Source of the DNA: Alkalicoccus daliensis
GTDB taxonomy: Bacteria > Bacillota > Bacilli > Bacillales > Salisediminibacteriaceae
Length of the DNA stretch: 32,000 bases
Assembly: GCF_900103955.1 (NCBI RefSeq)
Contig: NZ_FNIL01000014.1
Span: 1-32,000 of the forward strand
Reading direction: 5' to 3'
The notes under the pieces are model-generated. The model was given only the letters and a program-made list of their open reading frames with translations. It made no database searches and was not told the origin of the DNA. The position numbers were made by a program, and so were the translations under genes. Positions 31,793 to 32,000 of this stretch are shown here, piece by piece. Position 1 is the first letter of the stretch; each line of letters opens with the position of its first letter.

Positions 31793-32000
31793 TTATTTTG
31801 TTTTTAAAATCACCGCTTCCAATGGTGCGAGATCGATATGCAGCCTCCCGTTTTCCAGAATTTGTTCCTGATCATCTGCCAAATTATAAAAAGTGCCTGT
31901 ACCAAGGTCGGAAAGAGTAACTGTCTGCCTGTTCTCCGCACTGTTCATCACAATGATAAACCGATGCAGCTCGTCACTTCTTTCGTACGCGACATACTTT
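31793..32000 (-). CDS. 3' end of a GH13 alpha-glucosidase / oligo-1,6-glucosidase-like gene (partial, continues beyond the window)
   Basis: The minus-strand frame is open to the window edge and reads ...YVAYERSDELHRFIIVMNSAENRQTVTL...LAPLEAVILKTK*. This is typical of the C-terminal beta-domain of GH13 subfamily enzymes. It is absent from the ORF track because there is no start codon in the window. Confidence 0.5.
   Translation of the reverse strand, partial: KYVAYERSDELHRFIIVMNSAENRQTVTLSDLGTGTFYNLADDQEQILENGRLHIDLAPLEAVILKTK

Overview
This window looks like a Bacillaceae (Firmicutes) chromosomal segment of mid-40s % GC. The taxonomic call rests on Bacillus-type signals: sigma-D promoters, CtsR operators upstream of clpE, a des-desK-desR module and the sporulation gene yyaC. 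About 30 CDS are supportable. They include a GNAT acetyltransferase, des/desK/desR, a PAS-STAS protein, a THUMP-like RNA methyltransferase, a Gfo/Idh/MocA oxidoreductase, clpE, a DbpA/YxiN-type DEAD-box helicase, a rhodanese sulfurtransferase and a CE7 esterase. There is also a rearranged late-flagellar cluster: two fliD paralogs, a fliT-like gene, flaG and fliS, but no flagellin. Four features are not explained by ordinary annotation. (1) A higher-order tandem repeat family (about 240-262-bp units built from phased 20-21-bp sub-repeats) occurs at 1-790 and at 28462-29105, between flaG and fliS. A degenerate relative lies at about 12205-12415. (2) Three tandem paralogous genes encode small, extremely acidic N/D-rich lipoproteins. 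One carries seven MMN-poly-Asp repeats, and a fourth, larger acidic lipoprotein lies at 8024. (3) fliD is duplicated, and the two copies are separated by PadR/DUF2812 and TetR/CDF modules. (4) A bipartite conserved motif occurs twice, each time next to acidic-lipoprotein genes. All product calls come from motif recognition by eye. No BLAST, HMM or RNA-folding computation was run.
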